DNA of 11,713 bases, from contig CM119267.1 in assembly GCA_051294375.1 (NCBI GenBank), positions 16,656,562 to 16,668,274 on the forward strand, given 5' to 3'. The notes below the pieces were generated by a model. That model ran no database searches and was not told the DNA's origin. It saw nothing but the letters and a program-made list of their open reading frames with translations. The DNA comes from Paraspadella gotoi (Eukaryota > Animalia > Chaetognatha). Both the position numbers and the translations under genes were made by a program. Below, piece after piece: positions 1 through 9,749 of this stretch. How positions within the stretch are numbered: the stretch's first letter is position 1; each line of letters begins with the position of its first letter.

Positions 1-56
1 GAAAAGAAAAGAAAAGAAAAGAAAAGAAAAGAAAGAAAACAAGAATGAAAGAAAAT
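1..56. repeat. (GAAAA)n pentanucleotide microsatellite, degenerating, cut by the window start
   Basis: Six perfect GAAAA units at 1-30, followed by imperfect units. Confidence 0.95.
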
Positions 57-426
57 ACAGAAAACCCAGAGCAAAAAAGGGTAGAAAAACTGTTGTACAT
101 GTATAACGAAAATTTAAATATAAACTTGTAGAATTTTTTAAAAGCGACAATAGCAACCTGCGGAATAAAGGGGGAAAAAAAACTTCGGCGCGACTCGATC
201 AATCAATCACCTTTGCGGCCACACTGTGTAGTGTGTGTACAGTCTCTATATTTTATAGAGACCTCCAAACGGCCAATAGGAGAATCCAGGATTTTTCAAA
301 GATTACAAATGAGTCGCTTATCTTCCTTTCTTTCCAGCGCAATCCTTTGCCATCGCCAAGAGAAACTCTTCCCCATTCCCACCACAATTTCAAGTCGCGC
401 GGAATCCTTGCCTAATTTATTCTCCA

Positions 427-430
<4 letters not shown>

Positions 431-464
<34 letters not shown>
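431..464. repeat. (TC)n microsatellite running into an assembly gap
   Basis: Perfect TC run at 431-464, directly followed by Ns. Confidence 0.97.
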
Positions 465-707
465 NNNNNNNNNNNNNNNNNNNNNNNNNNNNNNNNNNNN
501 NNNNNNNNNNNNNNNNNNNNNNNNNNNNNNNNNNNNNNNNNNNNNNNNNNNNNNNNNNNNNNNNNNNNNNNNNNNNNNNNNNNNNNNNNNNNNNNNNNNN
601 NNNNNNNNNNNNNNNNNNNNNNNNNNNNNNNNNNNNNNNNNNNNNNNNNNNNNNNNNNNNNNNNNNNNNNNNNNNNNNNNNNNNNNNNNNNNNNNNNNNN
701 NNNNNNN
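465..707. other. Assembly gap (243 N)
   Basis: Run of N. Confidence 0.99.
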
Positions 708-1597
708 GATGCAGGGACAGTTCGGTGGATAGTAGAGATAGGGATTAAAAAAAGGGGAGAGGTTAGGAAATGGAAAAAAGTTCAATTCAAAAAAGGGGAC
801 AGGGGCCAAAAAAAGGACAGAAGATTAAGAGGAAAATTACGAAAATAATATATATATTGTTAATTTACCAAGGAGAAAGCAAAACTGGTGCGTTGCAACG
901 CAGTACATATGATTTTAATATTTCTGAACAAATTTGTAGGGTGCTCTTTCGACTGAGTGTGATCGGGTAAGTTTTAAAAAATTACCAAAAAAAAAAGGCG
1001 ATCGAAAATTTTTAAGGTTTTCCCACTTTGGCTCGAGGTCTCTCAAGGAAGATCAATTTTCTCCCGAAATCGTTTGGATTTTAATTCGTTTGGAACTCGA
1101 GAGACATCGACGTTACGAAGGTGAGTCCGTCCCTCACCCAAATGGAACTTCATTATTGCGACTGAAAAGGAATTCTTAAGCTAAGGAATAATTAAAAGAG
1201 TTACGAAGTATTACTTACTGCGGATTTACTATCATGAGTAAGTCCTCTCAGGCGCATTGTAATTGACTCACGTTTCACAATGAAAGGAGCAAGAAATACA
1301 AATAAATAACTCGAATTCAAAATGGCCGTGATTGCGATCCTCTAATTTTCGAGAGCCCAATTTCTTTAATTTCTGTTGTCAAATTTTATCCTTTATTTTC
1401 GCCTCAAATTTTCGGCGATGAAAAGTTTTAACATCTTTTCTTTCGTGAGATTTCATTTTCTCGACGTCGGAACCGATAAAAATAACCGTTTCGTTCCCCG
1501 GGAGAAAAATTCGGCGTCGCCGGCGCGGCGGAGCCGGAGCTGCTTTCAAAGACACCGTCGCCATTTTGGTTTTAGAGATGACGAAAATAGAAAGGAA

Positions 1598-1660
1598 GGC
1601 GACGACACCATCAACTCCAGCGACGACGACAACTACTCCAGCAACGACGGCGACGAAGAT
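1598..1660. repeat. Degenerate (ACG/GAC)n trinucleotide low-complexity tract
   Basis: gcgacgacacc...cgacgacgacaactactccagcaacgacggcgacgaagat; this tract produces the D-rich, T-rich and V-rich runs in three overlapping ORFs. Confidence 0.7.
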
Positions 1661-1725
1661 AAGGGAAAGTTCTTTAGTCTCGGAAAGTAGTATAAAGGTA
1701 GACTTCGGAGAGAAAGGGGAAAGAG

Positions 1726-1938
1726 NNNNNNNNNNNNNNNNNNNNNNNNNNNNNNNNNNNNNNNNNNNNNNNNNNNNNNNNNNNNNNNNNNNNNNNNNNN
1801 NNNNNNNNNNNNNNNNNNNNNNNNNNNNNNNNNNNNNNNNNNNNNNNNNNNNNNNNNNNNNNNNNNNNNNNNNNNNNNNNNNNNNNNNNNNNNNNNNNNN
1901 NNNNNNNNNNNNNNNNNNNNNNNNNNNNNNNNNNNNNN
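1726..1938. other. Assembly gap (213 N)
   Basis: Run of N preceded by a purine (GA-rich) tract. Confidence 0.99.
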
Positions 1939-2040
1939 GCGCCATGAATCTCGGGTGTCGAGAAATAAAACTAAGGAAAGAATGAATGTGGGACAACTTT
2001 GACCCGGCCAATTTAAGACGACACTGGGTAAAAGTTTGGT

Positions 2041-2122
2041 TATACTTATACTATATAAGTTACTACATACTTATACTTATACTTATACTATACATGTTAC
2101 TACATAAGCTAGATAAGTTATA
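2041..2122. repeat. Degenerate (TATACT)n hexanucleotide repeat
   Basis: tatacttatactata...catacttatacttatacttatactatac, with gttactacata occurring twice. Confidence 0.85.
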
Positions 2123-2382
2123 GCAATAAAATTCATTAAGTTCTTAAAATAAAGATAAAACGAAAAAGTTAGATGAACGTAAAAACCAACTCTGGGGAAA
2201 ACGTTTGCAAACGCGTTTCATTAGGTCGCCTCAGCAGCCGTCGCTGAAAACCGGGACCCGTATTTCATTCATCGTCTCGCTAATCGCGATTTAAACGATT
2301 CCCGGGACGCATTTTCAAAATGGCGTCGAAACAAATGAACACGCGGGGAAAAACGATCGGCCGGTGAGAAGTTGCGCTCGTT

Positions 2383-2407
2383 NNNNNNNNNNNNNNNNNN
2401 NNNNNNN
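2383..2407. other. Assembly gap of exactly 25 N (likely a placeholder size)
   Basis: Counted 25 N. It lies just upstream of the noisy duplicated block. Confidence 0.97.
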
Positions 2408-3140
2408 ATGCACCGCTGTCCCGAGTTTGCCGCAAATAAAAACATTATCTTCATTTCAACAATCAATTAAAAAAAAAAATACAAAGTTAATCAAAATAAA
2501 ACAGCATAAAAAACAAACACAAAATAACAACCGACCGTACGAAAAGCATTGCCCAGCAGAAGTTTTTGTTTTCTTAAAAAAAAAAACAATTTTAACAGAT
2601 CCATTACAAACGACCCATGAATGTTTTTACTTCCTCTTAAATTCCGCCTAAACAGACAGAAATTTAAAAAAAAAACTGTTCTGTTATTCTTCTTTACTCC
2701 CACACATTGCCTCCAACGAGATATTTTTTCTTTTTATTAACAGGTTTTATTACTAATGTTCTAAGTTTTCTCTTTTTTTGCCAAAAGGGAAGCGAGCTTT
2801 GCAGTAATTGCTCGACGCGGCATGTTTCCGCCAAAATAGTAAGATCAGGAGGCCTCATTTTCACGGGATCGGTGACGATGCTGACGGTGTTTTGGTATGG
2901 GACGACGATTCGCCGACAAGGCGTGAGCGGTTTAGAGAAGGACTGTCAGGGGAGGGGAATGGAAATTTAGCAGCGACTTAGCGCTTTTTCAGACTGTAGA
3001 TTGATGTGACGGTAGCTGAGAAAAAGGAAGTCGCATTTAATTTGAAATTGGAGAAAAATATTGTTGTAGAAGCAGGAGGATGAGAAGAGGAAGAAACAGA
3101 ACAGAGAAGCAAAAATTTGACCAGAATTTCACCATAACGC

Positions 3141-3256
3141 TCTCTCTTCTTTCTCACCACTCACCACTCTCATCTCTACTCTCCTCCTCTTCTCTCTCCT
3201 ACTCTCCTCTCAATCCTTCTCTCTCTCTCTACTTCTCTCTCTCTCTCTCTCTCGCT
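3141..3256. repeat. Interrupted (CT)n tract
   Basis: CT dinucleotide tract with scattered single-base interruptions; source of the S/L-rich ORFs. Confidence 0.9.
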
Positions 3257-3394
3257 CCTCGATTTCTGTTTCGAATTTCTGTTCTCTCCCATTTCACCGC
3301 ATCCGACCAATGGACGATCTTAGTTACCAGTACATTTGCAGCGCGAAGGAAAAACACACCGAAAGAACTTTCTCATGCTCCACTCGTTTCAAGG

Positions 3395-3530
3395 TCTCTC
3401 TCTTCTCTCTCTACACTCTCTGTCTCTCTACTCTCTCTCTCTCTCGTCTCTCTCTCTCTCCTCCTCTCTCTCTTTCTCCATCTCTCTATCTCTCCTACTC
3501 TCATCTTCTCTCTCTCTCTCTCTCTCTACT
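3395..3530. repeat. Interrupted (CT)n tract
   Basis: About 135 nt of CT repeat, positionally equivalent to the (TC)n at 8022-8043 plus the gap after it. Confidence 0.9.
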
Positions 3531-5989
3531 ACGAATTACAGTTTCCCCTCTTAGGCTTCTAAATCATTGCCGTTTTGCTGCCAGCGATATTATCCCCCAT
3601 TCTGCGCTTTGAGCCTCTCGATGCTAAAAAACTCTATGACCCTCGAGCCGCTCTTTAAAAAATTTTTCAACATCTGAAAACAATTCATTGGACGCTGAAG
3701 TATAGCCACTGCGCAGAACCCCCTATTTAAATTAAATTACAACAGGCATATGAGCAATACAGCTCCAATTTCATGGCGAATTTATATCTAGGATTTCACT
3801 TAATGTTTCCTCGGTTGTCAGTTTACAGTCTATTATCCTATCACGTATTGCTAAGCACACCTCTCTCTTATCGCTTTAAATCGTATAAGATCCATCTAAG
3901 GGTCCTCCCGTGGACCGAGGACGCGAAACGTCAGGGCGATTCGATACACTAGACTGCTTCTTATCCTGCGCGACAGATTAGAGCAAAATCTTCGCCGCGA
4001 ACGAACTAGCAAAATACGTGCCGCTACTCGCGCCCACTGATCGAGAACAAATTGCACCCAAATCTCTGCACAAAATTATAGAATCCAGCCTTTTAGAAAT
4101 ATTTACAGAATTGACAGAACTAAACACATTTATTAACAAGCCTCCAAATAACACTTATAGCGCGCCCGACTCTCTCCAACTAGAGCTACATCCCATCCGC
4201 ATCGCCGCTCCAACATACACCCCCAGACCCGCCGGCGTAAAGGTCTCGTTGGGCCGCGAATCGACGATTTAAAATTTGAGGTTTTGTCATCAGACCCAGC
4301 GCAATTGGGCCTATAGTGTTCGGTTCTAATCTGTCAAAATTCGCTGGCACCTGGCGTATTTACTTCTGGTTCGATTATACAGGGTGTTCGTATTCTCATT
4401 CCGATTCGATTCGCCTTTAAATTGCTTGCTTAACTTATAAGAAATATAATCCACGACACAGGAAGCGCCGTTTACCTGTTCTGCGCCTTTAAAGCAGGCA
4501 CTCTTCACGATGCGCACATATGATCGGAACGACAGATGCGAAGGGACGACTAAGGCGAAAGGGCGACAGCGCCGGGACCTCGCGCCGACGTGCCGGACGT
4601 TCTAGCGCCTCACCAGCTTAACGTGAGGAGGAAACATTTCACTCGGCTTCAAATCGCTGGCCCCGCTTATCCTTCCACTCGCCAGCACGAATCACCCCTA
4701 ACACCGTTCTCGCCATCTATATCTTCCTTCGGTTTGAGCATCACGGGACGCGAGATCCCCCCTACTGAGCCACGTCACCGTCGAAAAGCGTCTCATCAGA
4801 ACCTCCATCGTTCCACGTGCTTTCTACAGCTTGCCGCCGAGTGCGACTCATGTGTTTACCTATCTGCTGGAGTACGTGAGCTTGCTTTATAGAGAGTGGA
4901 TAATTCTTATATGAGCGTGCCCTAGTTGCGCTGTTGTTGTCGAAGTCCTGTATAATGGTGTAGACCGACGATCGCCTATCGCGATACAGTCTCGGCGATA
5001 CGCACGTGTCACAATCTGTGAGACTTCATTTCTTCTGCCATAGTGAGAGAGCATAATTAAAAGAACTATATTGAGTCTTATAATATAAATTTTTTATAGA
5101 AACAATTGATATCGCGACGCTCGAACCGCACATGATCACTTAGGTCCTGTGATTGCGTGTATTATTGAGTTTTATGCATCCTTTGAATCTAATATTCATT
5201 CTCACGGCACCTGATCATACACCACAAGCGTTCGAGATCTCTTTGGCACTCTATCTCTTTGTATCCTATGATATACCACCCAACGCGACTTGTGGATCTA
5301 CTGTAAACCAGCTCACTAACCGTGTGCTTAAAGCAGCGAAACTATAAAGAACAAAGTTTCTATCTCATACATACTATGCTTCTTTTTGCTACTACCTCAC
5401 TATATCTCCACATAGACGACCTCATCTATATATATATACTTATAAAGAGATAATAAACACTGTAAGAGCACACGAGGGCTCTATCCGATACCTACCGAAG
5501 TCTCTCAGCTTCTTCACACATCTCTCTTGATATCTCGCGACTTTTATCCCCATCACAGCTCGCACTCTACGTCCACTTTCTCGTTTCTAGATATTGACTT
5601 ACCACTTCCTCTGTATAGTAGCGTCTCGCTCAAAAAACTCCACATAACACTCTTGTCTACACACACCTGCAATAGTGCTCATATCGGAGCCGATTAAGCT
5701 TGTCTGCTTCACGCGCACCGATACAAATTGACTCCGTACTTACGGTATTTTAATGCACCATTGACTACCTTCTTATAATTTTTACCTCCGGAGAGCGCCG
5801 AGAGACAACCCTGAGAGATATCGACGCAGAAACCTATAACTTTTGTCCCAAAGCGCGAAAACCGAACAAGCAATATTAATTACTCTCGTATTGCTGAACG
5901 ATCTCACGATCTGCAGTCTTCGAGAATCACAGCTCTAAGTTACTCTCCTCTGTGGCGCTTCTAACTTTATATACTCGATGATCTCTCTT

Positions 5990-6230
5990 GTGCGCCTCTC
6001 ATCGCACACACTCTGACTTTACCTCTTTCTCTTTAGCCCTTTTCCTCTCTTCATCATCATTCTCTCCTCTTTCGTCATATACTTTTCCTCTCTCTACTTC
6101 TTCTCTCTCTCTCACTCTTCTTCCCTCTTTCTCCTCTATTCTCTCTTCTATGCTACTTACCTTCAGTACCTAGTGCTCTCGCCTCTACTATTGCTTTCCT
6201 GCCACCTCTCATCTCTGTCTCATCTTCGTC
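5990..6230. repeat. Pyrimidine-rich low-complexity tract
   Basis: C/T-rich tract, positionally matching the (TTTC)n array at 9135-9350. Confidence 0.7.
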
Positions 6231-7596
6231 ACACAGTTTCTACAGCCACCTCTTCCACTCACCTACAAAACACTAATATACCAAAAAACACGCCCGCTCT
6301 CGCCTACAGTTTGCGATTCTCTCAATACTCACGCAACCTTCAGACGTTGCGTGCATCTGAACGAATCATACCGCTCATAGTGTTCTATTATCGAACTGTA
6401 CTCGCTATCTATATGATCTGTCGTTCTGCGTATCAGTCTTCTGAATATCAACCAATCTCAGCCGCCTCTCTCCTTTGTCTCGCAGACAATATCGTTAGCG
6501 TGCCGCATCTCTAAATAACATACTCTCACCCTACGTCCCTCATGTCAAGACCCGTCAAGGCCGGGCGTACTGGTCCGCCCGTCTGCACCCGAGCATGACC
6601 GGCCTGACAACGCATGGCAGCTGGAGAAGTATAAAATAAACATATTGCCTGTGACCGCACTCAGTCGGCTGACAAAGGCAAGCGACGTATATCGTTCTTA
6701 TAGATCAATCTTCAGCTACAGGTGCAGGAAGTTTTGTAATGATTTCTAATGAAATCTTTATATCCCGGTGCACTGTAACCTTTTTTTATTTGAGGGTCCT
6801 TTTACACAATTTCATACTATGATAAGGTCAGTCGTTCATGTCACTTAATAGCCTTAATATATAATTAATGCACTTATTAATATTATTTCTATTCTTAATC
6901 TATCTAAATCTATACATCCTATCTAATCATTGCTATACGCTAATCTATTCTATTTCTATCTATTCTTATTTCTTACATTCTGCGCACTCCTTGGTATCTA
7001 TTCTAATGCTATCTATCATTAATTCACGTTCACATTAAATCAGCTCATACAGGCGAACAGTACATTATTTCTGCTCGCCTCTATCGAATTCCGATAAAGA
7101 GATGACGTGAGATTCGCTTGATCTTTGATAAAAGTATCTATATATATATTCTTCCAGTCTTAATCATCACGCCTTCATCATCTCAAAGGACCACACGACT
7201 AGTGCGGATTACGGCTCTGACTAGCAGCCCACCTCTGCGTGCATCCCGCTCCATTTGTCCCACAAACCGGACAAACCAGGTCTTAACGACTTAATCTTAT
7301 ATTATTAACGCAAAAATGTGAGACTATGCGTAGATCCGCGATCTCTCTCTATGCAGACGCTGGTGCTGTGCGTCTCTTTGCTCAATCTCACTGCTTGCGC
7401 TGCTCTCGACGCGCGCCCCTCTTAACTCCACGTCCTCACACTCGACCTATTCGATCTCTTTCTCTTTTTTTTTTTTTTTGCAAAGGGAAGCGATTGGTTT
7501 GGCTCGACGGGCGATGTTTCCGCAAAATGTAAATGAGGCCTTCATTTTCGGTGAGGTGTTTGGGTGGGACGACGATGGAGGGTGAGGTTGAGAAGG

Positions 7597-7954
7597 NNNN
7601 NNNNNNNNNNNNNNNNNNNNNNNNNNNNNNNNNNNNNNNNNNNNNNNNNNNNNNNNNNNNNNNNNNNNNNNNNNNNNNNNNNNNNNNNNNNNNNNNNNNN
7701 NNNNNNNNNNNNNNNNNNNNNNNNNNNNNNNNNNNNNNNNNNNNNNNNNNNNNNNNNNNNNNNNNNNNNNNNNNNNNNNNNNNNNNNNNNNNNNNNNNNN
7801 NNNNNNNNNNNNNNNNNNNNNNNNNNNNNNNNNNNNNNNNNNNNNNNNNNNNNNNNNNNNNNNNNNNNNNNNNNNNNNNNNNNNNNNNNNNNNNNNNNNN
7901 NNNNNNNNNNNNNNNNNNNNNNNNNNNNNNNNNNNNNNNNNNNNNNNNNNNNNN
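7597..7954. other. Assembly gap (358 N)
   Basis: Run of N. Confidence 0.99.
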
Positions 7955-8021
7955 GGACGATTTAGTTCAGTAATTTGAGGCGAAGGAAAACACGAAACTT
8001 CTCATGTCCCTCGTTTCAGAG

Positions 8022-8043
8022 TCTCTCTCTCTCTCTCTCTCTC
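8022..8043. repeat. (TC)n microsatellite running into a gap
   Basis: Perfect TC run directly followed by Ns. Confidence 0.95.
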
Positions 8044-8177
8044 NNNNNNNNNNNNNNNNNNNNNNNNNNNNNNNNNNNNNNNNNNNNNNNNNNNNNNNNN
8101 NNNNNNNNNNNNNNNNNNNNNNNNNNNNNNNNNNNNNNNNNNNNNNNNNNNNNNNNNNNNNNNNNNNNNNNNNNNNN
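8044..8177. other. Assembly gap (134 N)
   Basis: Run of N. Confidence 0.99.
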
Positions 8178-8411
8178 CGTAATTCTAATGAATGGTCTAA
8201 TTCCACCCACCCAAAAAAGTTTTTAAAAATTAACAATCAAAACGCAGTTAACGATAACAACGTCGCCTACACTGTTGATTTGTCATCAAGAGCAATTTAT
8301 GTTCTTTAATTGTCAAAGTACTTTTCAGAGCGGCAGTAGGCCTGCACGAAGGAAGCGACCGCGACGGCGGTCGTTCTCTCACTTGTGAATAATTAAGGTT
8401 CCTTCCGCCAC

Positions 8412-8511
8412 NNNNNNNNNNNNNNNNNNNNNNNNNNNNNNNNNNNNNNNNNNNNNNNNNNNNNNNNNNNNNNNNNNNNNNNNNNNNNNNNNNNNNNNNN
8501 NNNNNNNNNNN
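8412..8511. other. Assembly gap (100 N, possibly an unknown-size placeholder)
   Basis: Counted 100 N. Confidence 0.97.
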
Positions 8512-8640
8512 AGTGAGCCGATTTATTCTAACAGTAAAATGACGCCTTAAAAGTCTTGGTCGACCGTTCGTCGCCAGCGTCAACCGCGACCGAATCCACT
8601 TTTTCCCTCCCGATTTCACGGTTTGTCTCACTTCCGTGTC

Positions 8641-8667
8641 GTCACGCTTTGTCACGCTTTGACACGC
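8641..8667 (+). repeat. Short tandem repeat of a 10-bp unit (GTCACGCTTT, about 2.7 copies)
   Basis: gtcacgcttt gtcacgcttt gacacgc. Confidence 0.85.
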
Positions 8668-8757
8668 CCATCGTGACGCCGCGGTGGTCGCCTAATCGTC
8701 TAAAATATCGAGTTTTTTTCTCTTTTTGGCCAAAGATCGAAAGGGAAATTAGTTTTT

Positions 8758-8797
8758 AAAAAGGGAGAGAGAGAGGGAGAGAGGGGGAGAAAGAGGA
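8758..8797. repeat. Polypurine (GA)n-like tract
   Basis: aaaaagggagagagagagggagagagggggagaaagagga. Confidence 0.85.
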
Positions 8798-9134
8798 CCT
8801 CGGGAATGTGGCGAAACGAAAAAAGAAAATATATGTCAAACTTTAACCATTTTTTGTCGATCCGTTTTTATATCTCGCTTTGTTCTTTTGTTACGTAAAA
8901 AAAAAAGGTTCGATTTTTTTTTTCTCTCAATTTCATTTTCATGCGTCGCACGACGTGAGAGAGCCTGGCTCGCTGAGAGAACTCATTAACTTACCCGCCC
9001 ACTCACCCACTCGCTCTCCTCACCCCGTTACTTCCGCTTTTCTCTTTTCCAAAAATCCAGACGCAGACTCGAAGTCGATTCGATTCGTCGCGAGGCAATT
9101 AACCGGAACAAAACGAGAAAATAGCCAACGTGGA

Positions 9135-9273
9135 TTTTTCTTTTCTTTTTCTTTCTTTTCTTTCTTTTCTTTCTTTCTTTCTTTCTTTCTTTCTTTTCTG
9201 TCTTTCTTTCTTTTTTCTTTTTTCTCTTTCTCCTTTCTTTTCTTTCTTTTCTTTCTTTTCCTTTTCTCTTTTT

Positions 9274-9310
<37 letters not shown>

Positions 9311-9350
9311 TTTTCTTTTCTTTCTTTCTTTATTTCTTTTATTTCTTCAA
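9135..9350. repeat. Compound (TTTC)n/(TTTTC)n polypyrimidine microsatellite
   Basis: About 215 nt almost entirely T/C; source of the F/S/L-rich and K/R/E-rich spurious ORFs. Confidence 0.95.
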
Positions 9351-9749
9351 GTTTCATTTCATTTCATTGTCAATTTTCTTATTTTTTTTTTCTTAATATT
9401 TTTTTCTGGCCTTATTTCCTCTTTAGCTATTCCAGCTATTCGTTATTTTCCTTTCGACTCCGTGCCTACCGTTTTACTTCTTCCCTTACGAGCCAATTAA
9501 CCTCGAATACGACTCACGCGTGAATTTGGGTCTCAAAACTTCTTTCGGCGAATCCGAGGAAAATGAGGAAACGTAAGACGTCGAAATCTTTTGTTACGTA
9601 TACGGAGTGGCGCGATGCCTTGTCAAGACACGGCGTGGCCCGTGTCAGGAGAAAATTGTCACGCAGTCGGCACAAGCTCTAATTTAGTCAGCGGCACTGA
9701 TTCAGTTCACTAAAAGGTGAGTGAAGTGTAGAAAACGAAGAACGATCGT

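Larger units (their letters stand above)
2770..6700 (+). repeat. Insertion-rich direct copy of about 7461-9690 (probable raw long-read gap-fill artefact)
   Basis: Colinear anchors read by eye: aaagggaagcga 2784/7482; tgggacgacgat 2898/7565; gcgaaggaaaa 3343/7980; ctcgtttca 3383/8010; tttgtcatca 4283/8279; pyrimidine tract about 5990-6200/9135-9350; tgtcaagac 6543/9621; cagtcggc 6662/9664. Differences are mostly extra bases in this copy. The ends are uncertain and the block may span 2408-7460. Confidence 0.8.

Noticed and set aside
213-848. Long ORFs spanning N-gaps (also 417-809, 1379-2011, 1566-1985, 7533-8309, 8248-8655, 11194-11635)
   Set aside because: Their length comes from N runs that cannot contain stops; the flanking residues are microsatellite translations with no recognisable domain.
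1376-1725. Acidic (DDDN) or mucin-like (TTPSTPATTTTTPATT) ORFs
   Set aside because: Three overlapping frames are all products of one degenerate ACG repeat, with no supporting gene structure.
3080-3612. S/L-rich, membrane-looking ORFs
   Set aside because: These are translations of (CT)n tracts within the probable noisy-read block.
4018-6514. Short ORFs of 61-113 aa in complex-looking sequence
   Set aside because: They lie in the insertion-riddled copy, have no counterpart ORFs in the clean copy and contain no recognisable motifs.
8880-9500. 206-aa F-rich ORF and the antisense K/R/E-rich ORF
   Set aside because: Direct translation of the (TTTC)n microsatellite.
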